A stretch of DNA of 64,000 nt from positions 111,863-175,862 of the forward strand of contig CAVPPP010000046.1 in the NCBI GenBank assembly GCA_963707005.1, in the 5' to 3' direction. Of this stretch, positions 21,077-31,530 are shown piece by piece (positions within the stretch are counted from its first letter, which is position 1; each line of letters opens with the position of its first letter). Below the pieces are notes generated by a model. That model saw only the letters and a program-made list of their open reading frames with translations, was not told where the DNA came from and searched no databases. A program made the translations under genes and the position numbers. The DNA comes from an uncultured Actinomycetota bacterium (GTDB lineage Bacteria > Actinomycetota > Actinomycetes > Propionibacteriales > Propionibacteriaceae).

Positions 21077-21493
21077 TCAGGCTGCGCCGAGCAGCAGGAC
21101 GCCGGTCGTCAGTAGGGCGAACACCTTCCCTACCTCGAGGGCGACATAGGCGTGATGACTGGTGGAACGGGACGCGCCCGACCCTGCGAGTATCCGGTCG
21201 GAGCGTCGGCCCAGGAGTGGGCGAATCACGCACATTTGGACGAGAAGGATGGTCGCGGCCGTCAGCGCAGCGAGCGCCGCACGGTGTGGCGCCCCGGTGA
21301 ACACGCAGACGAGGATGGTGGTGGCCAAGACCAGCTCGACGAGGTTGAGGCCGCGGAAGACCAGGCGCCCAATCGCCAGGCCGGTCGAGAGGTCGACACC
21401 GGGCGCTTTGAACCTCAGTGGTGTCTCCAGGAAGGAGATGGCCAGCACCATGCCGAGCCAGACGAAGACCGCGGCGGTCGCGGTGGCGGTCAC
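21077..21493 (-). CDS. hypothetical membrane protein
   Basis: About 130 aa with 3-4 predicted TM helices. Start is ambiguous (GTG ~21493 or ATG 21451). The longer antisense-looking 335-aa ORF is rejected. Confidence 0.4.
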   Translation of the reverse strand: MTATATAAVFVWLGMVLAISFLETPLRFKAPGVDLSTGLAIGRLVFRGLNLVELVLATTILVCVFTGAPHRAALAALTAATILLVQMCVIRPLLGRRSDRILAGSGASRSTSHHAYVALEVGKVFALLTTGVLLLGAA

Positions 21494-22185
21494 GGCGTAT
21501 CGACGGTACTGACATGGGCCAGGCACAGGCCGGGTTCGGCAAAGGGCTCGAGCCGGTCGACAACGACATCGGTGGTCAGGACGGTCATCGCGCCCTGCAT
21601 GACGCCGAGGTGCAGTGGACACAGGATCTGCGCGTGGCTGTCGACCAGTTCCAGGAAGGGGCAGTTCCGCAGTCCGATCGCAGTACCCGTCGATGATCGC
21701 TCGGGTGCGAACCCGAGCTCGGCGAGCAGCTCGAGCAGCCGGCCCATCGCCTCCTCCTCGGTCACGGTGGTGGCCGACGGTGGCCGCCCGAGCAGGAAGG
21801 CACCCCAGGCGCGTCCGGTTGCCAGCGCCTGCGTGGTCGGGTCGGGACCAGTGGCGATGGCGCCGAGGGCGATCTCGGCCAGGAGACGGTAGCTGCGCGG
21901 ACCGTCCGGATCCATTCCCTGACGGGTCTGGAACACGTGCGGTGGACGACCCCGACCGCTGGTTTCGCCCGGCACCCGCTCGACCTGGCCCCGGGCGACC
22001 AGGTCGTCGAGGTGGAAGCGGACCGTGTTCGGGTGAATGCCCAGCGCGTCGGCGATGGCGGCGACGGCGACCGGGCTGTCGCAAGCCTTGATGAAGTCGA
22101 CAATGGCTTGCCGGCGGCCAGCCGGGACGGCTGGACGGGTCACGGTGGAGGAGGACTCACCGGCTCCCCGCGGCGACGTCGTCAT
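21490..22185 (-). CDS. winged-HTH (ArsR-like) transcriptional regulator (paralogue)
   Basis: VAVAAIADALGIHPNTVRFHLDDLVARGQVER plus a C-terminal CPFLE...CPLHLG motif. Same architecture as 8536..9255. Confidence 0.6.
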   Translation of the reverse strand: MTTSPRGAGESSSTVTRPAVPAGRRQAIVDFIKACDSPVAVAAIADALGIHPNTVRFHLDDLVARGQVERVPGETSGRGRPPHVFQTRQGMDPDGPRSYRLLAEIALGAIATGPDPTTQALATGRAWGAFLLGRPPSATTVTEEEAMGRLLELLAELGFAPERSSTGTAIGLRNCPFLELVDSHAQILCPLHLGVMQGAMTVLTTDVVVDRLEPFAEPGLCLAHVSTVDTP

Positions 22186-22396
22186 GGACGAGCCTCCTCC
22201 CTACTGAATGGCCACACCGTGCCGTCGCCGGCGACCCGTCTCTTCGCAAGGCCCGAACGGACATGTTCGCAAGGCACGGGGTCCATCGTGGCCTCCTCGG
22301 TTGATCGCGGTGACGCCCCCTCGGTGCGGGTGCGCTGACAGGGAGGACCAGCGCGTACGGTAATATACACAATCTCCACTAGTAGTAATAGGAGCT

Positions 22397-23065
22397 GTGA
22401 TGTCGCAACAGCAACTGGATGTCCGAGACCTGCCCAAGTCGGCCAAGCATCCGCGCATCTTCGAGGTGTTCGACTCCCTTCCTCCCGCACAGTCCTTTGT
22501 GTTGATCAACAACCACGAGCCCCGACATCTGCGTGCCGAGTTCGACGTCGACCACCACGGCGAGTTCGGCTGGCGGTACCTGGAACAGGGCCCGGACCGG
22601 TGGCAGATCCAGATCACCAGACTCGCCGCCACCCCGACACCTCAGATCCTGTGCGACACCAGGGAAGTGGCAGCCGCCGATCAGGTCAGCGAAGCCGCCG
22701 GCGCGGTGTGGAAACTGCCGATGAGCCGACGCGACCTCGATGCCAACATCATCCATCTGCAGGCCGGCTCCAAGATCGACAGCCATGCCGGTCCCGATCT
22801 GGACGTGCTCGTCCATGTCCTGCAGGGTAACGGTGAGCTGATCACCGAGACCGAAACGCTGACACTGCAACCGGGAAGCCTGCTGTGGCTTCCCCGCCGG
22901 TCGCGACGAGAGATCGCGGCCGGTCCCCAAGGTCTGACCTACCTCACCGTCCATCCGCGTCGGCCCGGCGTGACGATCCAGGCCGCACCGCCGCCTCCAG
23001 AGAGAGCAACCCCTCGCCGACATCGAGCCGCACGGGGGGATGACCTGGCAGCAGGTCCGACGTGA
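22397..23065 (+). CDS. DUF2249 + cupin domain protein
   Basis: N-terminal DVRDLPKSAKHPRIFEVFDSLPPAQSFVLINNHEPRHL (DUF2249-like, often hemerythrin-associated). C-terminal cupin-like region. Confidence 0.5.
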   Translation: MMSQQQLDVRDLPKSAKHPRIFEVFDSLPPAQSFVLINNHEPRHLRAEFDVDHHGEFGWRYLEQGPDRWQIQITRLAATPTPQILCDTREVAAADQVSEAAGAVWKLPMSRRDLDANIIHLQAGSKIDSHAGPDLDVLVHVLQGNGELITETETLTLQPGSLLWLPRRSRREIAAGPQGLTYLTVHPRRPGVTIQAAPPPPERATPRRHRAARGDDLAAGPT

Positions 23066-23170
23066 CAGCCGCAGAGACCCTTACCGGAAAGGGTCAGCAG
23101 CACCGGCAGGGCCCTCCAGCCACGTCCGCTGCGAGTCGTCTCACGAACCCTTCTGGTCTCCTGGCCAACT

Positions 23171-23587
23171 GTGCGGTCACTGATCCGAACCATCGACAGG
23201 ATGAGACTGATGAGCAGCAGTGAGCAGGTGCGGGTGCGCCGCGTGTACGACGAGCCCGAAGCCGACGACGGCACCCGGGTCCTGGTCGACCGGATCTGGC
23301 CTCGAGGGATGACCAAGAAGAAGGCGTCTCTGCACGAGTGGTGCAAAGACGTAGCCCCGTCCACGGACCTGCGAAAGTGGTACGGGCACGACCCCACGAA
23401 GTTCGCCGAGTTCGCCGATCGCTACCGCACCGAGCTGAACCACACGGATCGACGGCACGCGCTGGAACACCTGCACGAGTTGGCTGCAGCCGGTGAGCGT
23501 CTCACCCTGCTGACCGGCACGAAGAATGCCGAGATCAGCGAGGCCGCCGTGCTCGCCACCGTCTTGACGACACCGAGGAAGACCTGA
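23171..23587 (+). CDS. DUF488 family protein
   Basis: VRRVYDEP...GTRVLVDRIWPRGMTKKKASLHEWCKDVAPSTDLRKWYGHDP is the DUF488 signature. Confidence 0.65.
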   Translation: MRSLIRTIDRMRLMSSSEQVRVRRVYDEPEADDGTRVLVDRIWPRGMTKKKASLHEWCKDVAPSTDLRKWYGHDPTKFAEFADRYRTELNHTDRRHALEHLHELAAAGERLTLLTGTKNAEISEAAVLATVLTTPRKT

Positions 23588-23660
23588 CCGGAACGCCGGC
23601 CCCGGTGCTGCCACACGTTCGACCAGGCGCGCGAGACGCGCCCGAGCTCCAGGAGGAAAA

Positions 23661-24875
23661 GTGGGACATCACCAGCGGGGTTGTGTTGTTGTCGGTGCCG
23701 GGCTAGCCGCCGCGACGACGATCCAGACCCTCCGCGAGGAAGGCTTCGACGATCCCATCACCTTGATCGGTGAAGAGGTCGACCGGCCCTACGAGAGACC
23801 CCCCTTGTCCAAGACGTATCTGCAAGGTCGAGCAGACCTCGCCGAGCTCTACGTGCACCCAAGTGGTTGGTACCACGACCATGCGGTGGACACCCGGTTC
23901 GGACAAACCGCTGTGCAGATCAACCGGAACACCAGGGAAGTGCACCTGCGGGCCGGTCAGGCCGTGGGCTACCAGCAGCTCGTGCTGGCCACCGGCGCGA
24001 GCCCTCGCACCCTCAACTTACCCGGAACCGACCTCGCCGGGATTCACACGCTCCGCACGATCGCCGACGCCAACAACCTGCGGACAGTCCTTACACCGGG
24101 CCGTCGCCTCGTGATCATCGGCGCCGGCTGGATTGGACTGGAAATCGCCGCCGCAGCTCGCATGGCCGACTGCCAGGTCACCGTGCTGGAAGCCGCCACC
24201 GTGCCGCTCCGCAACGTTCTCGGCCAGCGGCTTGGTGAGTACTTCGCCCGGATGCACCGACAACGTGGCGTCGACCTGCGCACCGCCACCCGCGTCCTCG
24301 GCATCCGCGGCCGCGGCGGGCAGGTCACCGGCGTGGACACCGAGTCTGGGCTGATTACGGCGGACGCGGTACTGGTGGCGGTCGGGGCCACCCCGAACAC
24401 CGGCCTCGCCGACGCCGCAGGCCTCCACGTCGACAACGGCGTCGTCGTCGACGACCAGCTGCGCAGCAGCGACAAGACGATCTTCGCCGCAGGCGACGTC
24501 GCCAACGCCGAGCAGCCAGCCCTGGGTAGACGACTCCGGGTCGAACACTGGGACAACGCGATCCGTCAAGGCAACCTTGTCGCCAAGACAATCCTCGGAC
24601 GCAACGACCGCTACGACTGGCAGCCCTACTTCTTCACCGACCAGTACGACCTCGGCATGGAGTACGTCGGCCGATCCGACCCCGAGGACGAGGTCGTCAT
24701 CCGCGGCGACCTGGACGATGGCATCTTCGTCACCTTCTGGACCCGGCACGACACGGTGACCGCCGCCATGAATGTCAACCTCTGGGACGTCAACGACGAC
24801 CTCCGCAGACTCATCGGTCGCCGAATACCAACAGATCGCCTACGCGACCCGACCATCGAACTAGCCGAACTGTGA
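23661..24875 (+). CDS. FAD/NAD(P)-dependent oxidoreductase, ferredoxin-reductase type
   Basis: VVVGAGLAAATT...RPYERPPLSK, a second Rossmann motif LVIIGAGWIGLEIAAAA, and a C-terminal reductase_C-like region. Confidence 0.75.
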   Translation: MGHHQRGCVVVGAGLAAATTIQTLREEGFDDPITLIGEEVDRPYERPPLSKTYLQGRADLAELYVHPSGWYHDHAVDTRFGQTAVQINRNTREVHLRAGQAVGYQQLVLATGASPRTLNLPGTDLAGIHTLRTIADANNLRTVLTPGRRLVIIGAGWIGLEIAAAARMADCQVTVLEAATVPLRNVLGQRLGEYFARMHRQRGVDLRTATRVLGIRGRGGQVTGVDTESGLITADAVLVAVGATPNTGLADAAGLHVDNGVVVDDQLRSSDKTIFAAGDVANAEQPALGRRLRVEHWDNAIRQGNLVAKTILGRNDRYDWQPYFFTDQYDLGMEYVGRSDPEDEVVIRGDLDDGIFVTFWTRHDTVTAAMNVNLWDVNDDLRRLIGRRIPTDRLRDPTIELAEL

Positions 24876-24997
24876 CACCGCCCTGGTGACTCACTCGTCG
24901 CGTTGCGGGTTGCAGTGACGCCGTGCGGTAGTCGTGCGGCGACGCACCAGGCCGACGGTTCGGGTGATCGGACCCGCCTGTCGCCGCGCCGCGTCGC

Positions 24998-25393
24998 TCA
25001 CGAACCGGTCATGGCGACAGCGGCGCCGGCGATGTAGGGGATGAGCCACAGAGCCCAGACCCCGACGCTGAAGCGGTGGAAGACGAGCTTCTCGTCGTCA
25101 CGGTTGCGGAGCAAGACCACCACTGCCCAGATCAGATGGACAGCCATCAGCAGAATCGCGATCGTGCCGCTGACCGCCATGAGGGTGCTAAGTCCTCCAG
25201 CGGTGATGCCCTCGTCTCGGCGGTTCCCGGCGATCTGTGTCATGAGGAAGGTGCCGGTGGCATCGGCGGCAAGTCCGAGCCCGAAGAAGACGACGTGCCA
25301 CCACTTGAGGATCCCTTGGATCCGTTCCCCCCAGACGCCGATGGTGTAGAGGACGAGAGCGAGGGTGATGATCACGATGGCGGGGACGAGCAT
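24998..25393 (-). CDS. TIGR03987/HsmA-like small membrane protein
   Basis: Four TM helices, 131 aa. Family assignment is from memory only. Confidence 0.4.
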   Translation of the reverse strand: MLVPAIVIITLALVLYTIGVWGERIQGILKWWHVVFFGLGLAADATGTFLMTQIAGNRRDEGITAGGLSTLMAVSGTIAILLMAVHLIWAVVVLLRNRDDEKLVFHRFSVGVWALWLIPYIAGAAVAMTGS

Positions 25394-25681
25394 GCGTTCT
25401 CCTTGGTACTGCGTGAGGTCTCAGGTGTTCGGGGTTGTTACAGAAGCTGCTGCTGGCCAATCCGGCGCTGCGCTACCTCCTGGGGTCAAGCGGCTGCCAG
25501 GCAGCGTCCAGTCCGGTCGGGTGGGGACCATCGCAGGATCACTGCTGAGCTGGCGCGGCGCATCATGCTGGCAGTCAGCCGGCGCTGCGGGCAGGCGCAC
25601 ACGTTCGCGCTCAGGCTCGACAGTCGCAGTGTTCGCCTGTCGACAACGATGGGTGTGTAGGTCGTTGTGGTCGAGGTGCGG

Positions 25682-26167
25682 CTACGCGGTCAGCATCGGC
25701 GGTGCGGTGTGGTCGGTGAGCGGATCGACGCGGGCGTCATCGCGGGTATCGCGGATCCGCCGCCCCAGCATCAAGAACAGCAGGAGGAAGCCCACCGTGA
25801 GCAGGATGTGGCCCATCCCCGACACCCCGGCCAGGGCGGGGCTCTCGGCGATCGGGGAGCCGATGACCTGCAGGGTCCCCTTGGTGGTGAGACCACCCGC
25901 GGTCAGGACGAGCCCGACGTTCCAGATCCAGATGAACCAGCTGAAGCGGCGGTCCAGGCTCAACGAGTAGAGCCGTTGCAGGGCCAGCAACCCCAGGCCG
26001 AGAAGGGTGCCGAGGACGAGGGTGTGGGTGTGCACGACGCTCAACTGGGTGAAGCCGGTGAAGTCGGCGCTGCGAGTGAGCTCTCGATAGGCGAGCCCGC
26101 TGGCCAGTCCCAGCACGGTCCACCCGGCCGTCAGCCGGAACAGCACTGACTCTGCGTTCTTCATCAC
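25682..26167 (-). CDS. hypothetical membrane protein (DUF2871-like)
   Basis: 161 aa with four hydrophobic helices. Divergent from the TetR gene. Confidence 0.45.
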   Translation of the reverse strand: MMKNAESVLFRLTAGWTVLGLASGLAYRELTRSADFTGFTQLSVVHTHTLVLGTLLGLGLLALQRLYSLSLDRRFSWFIWIWNVGLVLTAGGLTTKGTLQVIGSPIAESPALAGVSGMGHILLTVGFLLLFLMLGRRIRDTRDDARVDPLTDHTAPPMLTA

Positions 26168-26248
26168 GACGTCTCCTCCTCAGGTTTGCGACACTTCCGT
26201 CTCGATCATGGCCCAGCGTATGCTTGGCGACGGGCTGTCCGCAACTTT

Positions 26249-26264
26249 GCGACAGTGATGTCGC
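26249..26264. promoter_or_regulatory. TetR operator candidate GCGACAgtgaTGTCGC
   Basis: Perfect 6-bp arms with 4-bp spacer at the tetR 5' end / divergent promoter. A TTTGCGACA direct repeat lies nearby (~26185 and ~26244). Confidence 0.4.
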
Positions 26265-26881
26265 TAACAGAGGGGGAGCGGGTGCCGAAGATCGACGCAC
26301 CGACGGTGGCCGAGCACCGCGCAAACGTGCAGGCTCGGCTCATCGACGCCGCTGAGTCGATCCTCCGCCTGGAGCCGGCCAACCAGCTCACCGCGGGCGC
26401 CGTGACCGCGGCCGCGGGCATCGCACGGAACAGCATCTACCGCTACGTCGACTCCGTCGAGGATCTCCGCGCCATGGTCGTGGACCGCTATCTCCCCGAC
26501 TGGTTCGATACCGTCTCGGCCGCAATGACGGCCGCGGACACGCCTGAGCAGCGCGTCGTCGCCTGGGTCGAGGCGAACCTTCGCCAGGCCGCCGCGACCG
26601 GCCACGGGTGGTTGATGGAAGCGGCGCGCGCCCTGACGCCGAGCCCGACCATCGACGAGGCCGTCGCCCAGGCCCACAGGGGCATGCGCGACTCCCTCGC
26701 CGACGCCTGGCAGGAACTCTTCGGCGTCGACCAGGACAGCATCCTGATCGCGACAGCGCTGACGGTCGGGATTCTCGACGCAGGATTTCGCCAACTCGAT
26801 GCCGGACGACCAGCACAGCTCGTGCTCGATATGGCCGGCAACGCCACGCGGGCCCTGGTCGTCACTCTCCGGTCCTCCTGA
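26258..26881 (+). CDS. TetR/AcrR family transcriptional regulator
   Basis: TetR HTH (LTAGAVTAAAGIARNSIYRYV). Alternative GTG start at 26282 with AGGGGGAG RBS. The palindrome GCGACAgtgaTGTCGC overlaps the 5' end. Confidence 0.7.
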   Translation: MSLTEGERVPKIDAPTVAEHRANVQARLIDAAESILRLEPANQLTAGAVTAAAGIARNSIYRYVDSVEDLRAMVVDRYLPDWFDTVSAAMTAADTPEQRVVAWVEANLRQAAATGHGWLMEAARALTPSPTIDEAVAQAHRGMRDSLADAWQELFGVDQDSILIATALTVGILDAGFRQLDAGRPAQLVLDMAGNATRALVVTLRSS

Positions 26882-27469
26882 GACACCTCAGACCAGATGC
26901 TGCATCGGAGGCCCGGCTGCCCTCGGGTCCTGGCGCTCGGCGAACAAGGGTTCTCCGTGAATCGCCATGATCAGCCTGTATTGGCGTACGAGGTAGCCCA
27001 GTTGAATGTTAACCACTCGGCGATCGATGGTTGGCGGCAGCAGACCGGACGCAACCGAGCTGGAGACTAGGACAGGTTGCGCCAGACCTGAAGCTACCTT
27101 GCCGACTCTCGGCAGTCGACGACCGGCGAGGTTCGCCGAGCGTGGCTCTAGAAGGCGGCGGGCGGCAACGAGAGAATGGAACTCATCCCCGCAGCGGGTG
27201 GATGCGCGTTGAAGGAGGTGCCGAATGGTGGTGATCACGTCCAGCGGGTGCCCACATCCTGCCCAAGCGGGAGCACCGGCACCGCTGATGCGTTGAATCG
27301 GTCGTTGCGACGTTGTCCGCCGAACTCCTCCAGTGTTCCCGATCGGCTCGTCGCGGATGGAACGCCCGGTGAGTGGACGACCCGACAGCACCCATGCCAG
27401 CGCAACGCCACGGGGGAGGAGCACGCGTTGGGGTACCCCTAAAGACTCTATGAGGAGTGAGGATCGATC

Positions 27470-28042
27470 ATGAACTGCGTCATCGTTGGTCTAGACGATT
27501 CCGCGGCCTCTCGAGCCGCGCTGCAATGGGCCGCCGTCTACGCCGATGCCACAAGCACGGATCTGTGCGCCGTCCACATCCTTGATTGGCCCATCGGGCT
27601 CACCGAGACGGCGACGACCATGGGCACCCGACTGCACGTGCCCCAGCATGACGTGGCGGAGCCGTACTGGCGCGGCATGCACCGCGTGTTCGCCGACGTC
27701 GACTGCCCGGACGGGTCGACGCTGCAGTTCGCCCAAGGCAACGTCGGTGACGTTCTGGTACGCCTGGGTGCACAGGCCACTCTGCTGGTCGTCGGCACCC
27801 GGGAACCGTTCCGCGGACGGCCCTACCCGGCGGGCTCGATCAGCCACTACTGCATCAGCCACGCCACCTGCCCGGTCGTGACCGTCCCCGAGCAACTGCC
27901 CACCCGCCTGCCGGCGCCACGTCGCTGGAGCCAGCAAGCACTCCACCCACGCCAGTCAATCAACCGCCGGCACACCGCTTCCCAGGTCACCAGCGGGGCA
28001 CCGTCTGCCCGCCGTCATCCAGTGGGGAACACGGACCCATGA
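27470..28042 (+). CDS. universal stress protein (UspA family)
   Basis: VIVGLDDSAASRAALQWAAVYA...LLVVGTREPFRGRPYPAGSISHYCISHATCPVVTV. Confidence 0.8.
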   Translation: MNCVIVGLDDSAASRAALQWAAVYADATSTDLCAVHILDWPIGLTETATTMGTRLHVPQHDVAEPYWRGMHRVFADVDCPDGSTLQFAQGNVGDVLVRLGAQATLLVVGTREPFRGRPYPAGSISHYCISHATCPVVTVPEQLPTRLPAPRRWSQQALHPRQSINRRHTASQVTSGAPSARRHPVGNTDP

Positions 28043-28290
28043 TGAATGAGCGTGACCGTCACCTACTGCACGACCTCGAACACCAGCTCGAACGGGAAGA
28101 CCCGACCTGGGTCCGGCAGTTCACCCAGGGCGCACCGTCCCGCCAGAAACCCAACCAGCTGCTGCTGGACACGACGCTCGGACTGTCGCTCTTCATCGTC
28201 GCCCTCGGGCTGCTGCTCCGGTTGGAGGGCGCCGTGGCGATGTTCGGCTTGGCGGCGATCATCTTGGGGACGCTCCGTTTCCGACGCTAG
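28039..28290 (+). CDS. DUF3040 domain membrane protein
   Basis: MMNERDRHLLHDLEHQLEREDP plus a C-terminal TM hairpin. The ATGA overlap with the upstream usp stop suggests a two-gene operon. Confidence 0.65.
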   Translation: MMNERDRHLLHDLEHQLEREDPTWVRQFTQGAPSRQKPNQLLLDTTLGLSLFIVALGLLLRLEGAVAMFGLAAIILGTLRFRR

Positions 28291-28441
28291 CGCGCTCGCG
28301 TCGAGGACAACCAGGGGCCGGCTCCAGCGGTGACGGCGTCCCCACGCCACAACGCCCACAGGGTCAACGGATCGACCCTTAGCACCGAGATTGTGAAGCC
28401 GACGCCGCCACCGGTCGGACACCTACGAAAGAGAGATCGAC

Positions 28442-29707
28442 ATGACTACCGCCACCCACCCCGTCCCCGACCGGGTCGTCGTCATCGGCGCCGGAATGGT
28501 GGGCCTGTCCACCGCCTGGTTCCTGCAGGAGCACGGAGTCCAGGTCACAGTCCTCGACCGGACAGGGGTCGCGGCGGGCTCATCCTGGGGAAACGCGGGC
28601 TGGCTGACCCCCGGCGTCGCGACACCCCTGCCGGAGCCAGCCGTCCTCAGGTACGGGTTGCGGGCAGCCCTGTCACCCTCCTCCCCGGTCTACGTGCCGC
28701 CGAGCCTCAAGCCGGCGTTGCTCCGGTTCCTCACCGGCTTCGTCCGCCATTCGACTACGAAGGCATGGAGAACGGCGATGGGGCACCTGGTGGGGCTCAA
28801 TGACCTGTCCCTGGAGAGCTTCGACCGGCTCGAGCGGGGCGGGGTCCAAGCCGAGACACGCGCAGCCGGGTCCTTTCTCGCGGCGTACCGCACCGAGGCC
28901 GAGCGCACGACGCTGCTCGAAGAGATCCAGCACATCCACGCGGCCGGCCAGGACATCGAGTTCGAGGCGCTCACCGGCGACCAAGCCCGCACCATCGAAC
29001 CGCACCTGTCGCAAGAGATCGGTGCTGCGATCCTGCTCAGGGGTCAACGGTTCATCGACCCCGGACGCTACCTCCACGCACTCGCCGAATCGGTGAGCGA
29101 CCGTGGCGGCAAGATCATCGACAGTGCGACAGTCTCACGTCTCCAGGACATCGGCTCCGCGGTGGTCGTATCTACCGCCGAGGGTTCGGTTGAGCAGTTC
29201 GATGTAGCGGTCATCGCGACCGGCGCCTGGCTCGGCGAGCTCGCCCGCCCGTTCGGGGTGCGGAACGTCGTTCAAGCGGGCCGGGGGTACTCGTTCTCGG
29301 TCGCCATCGACCAGGTCCCGGACAGTCCGCTGTACTTCCCTGCGCAGCGGATTGCCTGCACGCCCATCGGGGACCGGCTGCGTATTGCCGGGATGATGGA
29401 GTTCCGCAAGCCGGAGGCGCCGCTGGATCGCCGCCGGGTGCAGGCGATCGCCGACGCCGCCCGTCCGCTGCTGCATGGCATCGACATTGCTGACCGGCAG
29501 GATGAATGGGTGGGCTCCCGTCCGTGCACGGTCGACGGTCTGCCACTGATCGGAGCCACCGGGAGCCCTCGGGTTTATGTCGCAGGTGGCCACGGTATGT
29601 GGGGCATCACGCACGGTCCGGTCACCGGCCGGCTCCTCGTCCAGATGATGGTGACGGGCAAGCAACCCGGACACATCAGACCCTTCGACCCTCTGCGGCG
29701 GCACTGA
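28442..29707 (+). CDS. FAD-dependent oxidoreductase, D-amino-acid dehydrogenase (DadA)-like
   Basis: VVVIGAGMVGLSTAWFLQEHGVQVTVLDR...AGSSWGNAGWLTP. C-terminal GGHGMWGITHGPVTGRLL. 421 aa. Confidence 0.8.
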   Translation: MTTATHPVPDRVVVIGAGMVGLSTAWFLQEHGVQVTVLDRTGVAAGSSWGNAGWLTPGVATPLPEPAVLRYGLRAALSPSSPVYVPPSLKPALLRFLTGFVRHSTTKAWRTAMGHLVGLNDLSLESFDRLERGGVQAETRAAGSFLAAYRTEAERTTLLEEIQHIHAAGQDIEFEALTGDQARTIEPHLSQEIGAAILLRGQRFIDPGRYLHALAESVSDRGGKIIDSATVSRLQDIGSAVVVSTAEGSVEQFDVAVIATGAWLGELARPFGVRNVVQAGRGYSFSVAIDQVPDSPLYFPAQRIACTPIGDRLRIAGMMEFRKPEAPLDRRRVQAIADAARPLLHGIDIADRQDEWVGSRPCTVDGLPLIGATGSPRVYVAGGHGMWGITHGPVTGRLLVQMMVTGKQPGHIRPFDPLRRH

Positions 29708-29875
29708 TTCACGCAATTGGTGGCGGGTCGTTGTCGGTCAATCCTGGCCGGCGAGAACCGGCCGGAGTCGGCGCAGCGGCAGGATGACGCCCCCCCGATC
29801 GACTCAAGCGCACAGCATGACCCTCAGCGTCGACAGCCGACGCCAAGTACCCCTCAACACCGACAGGAGATTCTC

Positions 29876-30247
29876 ATGGCAATTCACACCTCACCCCTGA
29901 TCCGTGTCGCCGACCCCGACATCCAGTCTCGGCGATCAGCTCCGCCCACACCGGAGGCCGGCGCAGTGTCGTCGACCCGCGGCCACGACGACCGAAGCGG
30001 CCAGCCCCGGACGGCCCCGCCCGCCTACCGGTCCCGGCGGCGACCCGCCTCCCCGCTCGGCATCGCCGCTACGATATTGGCCGTCGTCGTCGCCGCCGCG
30101 GTCACCACCCTCGTCCTCACAGTGCCGGACGGAGCATCGATCACCGCCCTCGAAGGGCCTTCCCTCGCCGCCGGACTGGTCGGGATGTCCGCCGGCGTAA
30201 TCGGCTTCCTCCTCGCCTATATCGCCGCCGTACAGTCCCAGCACTGA
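29876..30247 (+). CDS. hypothetical membrane protein
   Basis: AGGAG RBS. Pro/Arg-rich N-terminus followed by two TM helices. Confidence 0.4.
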   Translation: MAIHTSPLIRVADPDIQSRRSAPPTPEAGAVSSTRGHDDRSGQPRTAPPAYRSRRRPASPLGIAATILAVVVAAAVTTLVLTVPDGASITALEGPSLAAGLVGMSAGVIGFLLAYIAAVQSQH

Positions 30248-30729
30248 GACCGAATCGTCGTCGCGACGAAGTCGCCCTGCTGCCCTATGAATCGGACGAC
30301 GCAAAGTGCTTGCGTAGGGCGTCGCCACGCGCGCAAGCGTCGACCGACGTTGACGATGGCACCCGGCCAGCGACATCGGGACGGTCGACCCGGATCGCAA
30401 CTGGACCCGGCCCGTGATGACTGGTGGCCAACACGGTCGGGCTTTTGCGACGGCGTCAAAGATCCGGAGACCTGGCCGCTGTCGCTGCCTCCCTGGGCGC
30501 AGTCGGCCGCACCGACCGGGATCGACGACTGCGACATACCCACCTTTCGCTCGCGTAGAACGACTCCTGGCACGAAGAGCTGGTTCAGCGATGGGCCACA
30601 TCATCGGGATGGCTGGCCATCTGGAGGAGAACCTGGAGCGCATCGAGGCAATCCCCTGGAGCGTGGTACGGGCCGCCCAGCTTGCTGCATGCGGCCGTTC
30701 TCGGTGGTGGAACGCCGTCGTATCAGGCA

Positions 30730-30900
30730 CCGTCATTGCTCTGATGCCGTGAGCCATCCAGGAGCGATCCGCGCCGGCTCCAGGCTGCGCACGATCGCCT
30801 CGCGGTCGAACGGTGCGTTGTAGGCGAGAACCCACTTGTCGCGGGTGACCGCCGGTAGCCGTTGGGCAATCTGGTGGCCGACCCCAACTCGGAGCTACGG
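30730..30900 (-). pseudogene. DEDD-type 3'-5' exonuclease remnant
   Basis: The minus-strand frame reads ...KWVLAYNAPFDREAIVRSLEPARIAPGW, matching exonuclease motif II. Only a fragment remains. Confidence 0.25.
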
Positions 30901-31029
30901 TGCGAAGGGCATCTGGTGCGCCTCATCCCCACCGTAGGCGCCGTCCAGGTGCTCATCGACCACGGCCCATGAGGAACTTGTTAACACGTCTGGCGATTGG
31001 CACTCGATGGTACGAGAGTGGTGACGCGT

Positions 31030-31530
31030 TCAGGGTGCTTCGGTTTCGTACCGGGGAACCGCCACGACTGGGCAGGAGGCGTGGCTCAGGCAGTAGTGGC
31101 TTGTTGATCCGATGAGGATGCGGCCGAGGCCGACATGTTCACCTGTGCCGATGACCAACAGTTGCGCACCCCGAGACTCCTGGACGAGTATCCGGCCAAC
31201 GTGGCCGACCCTGAACTGCAAGTCCCACCCGGTCGCTGGATTGACCTGCTCAAAGATGCGTTGGGTCTTGCGCTGCAGATCTTGACTCTGTTCCTCGTTC
31301 GGAAAGAGCACCAGTCTCTCCAGAGGCAGCCCGCCGTCCGCGGCTCCTAGGCCGGTCGGCCAGTCCACGATCGATATCGCTCGCAGGGAAGTTCCCGTGA
31401 GGCGAGCGTACTTGGCCGCCCAGGTGAGGGCCCCTCGGGCAGGGTCGGACTGGTCCAAGCCGACGATGATCGTCTCCTTGGCGTCGTCTGACGGGTCGAG
31501 GTCGTTCGAGGTCGATGGGCTCTCGGTCAT
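31030..31530 (-). CDS. universal stress protein (UspA family)
   Basis: IIVGLDQSDPARGALTWAAKYA...LLVIGTGEHVGLGRILIGSTSHYCLSHASCPVVAV. Divergent from the P-type ATPase. Confidence 0.8.
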   Translation of the reverse strand: MTESPSTSNDLDPSDDAKETIIVGLDQSDPARGALTWAAKYARLTGTSLRAISIVDWPTGLGAADGGLPLERLVLFPNEEQSQDLQRKTQRIFEQVNPATGWDLQFRVGHVGRILVQESRGAQLLVIGTGEHVGLGRILIGSTSHYCLSHASCPVVAVPRYETEAP

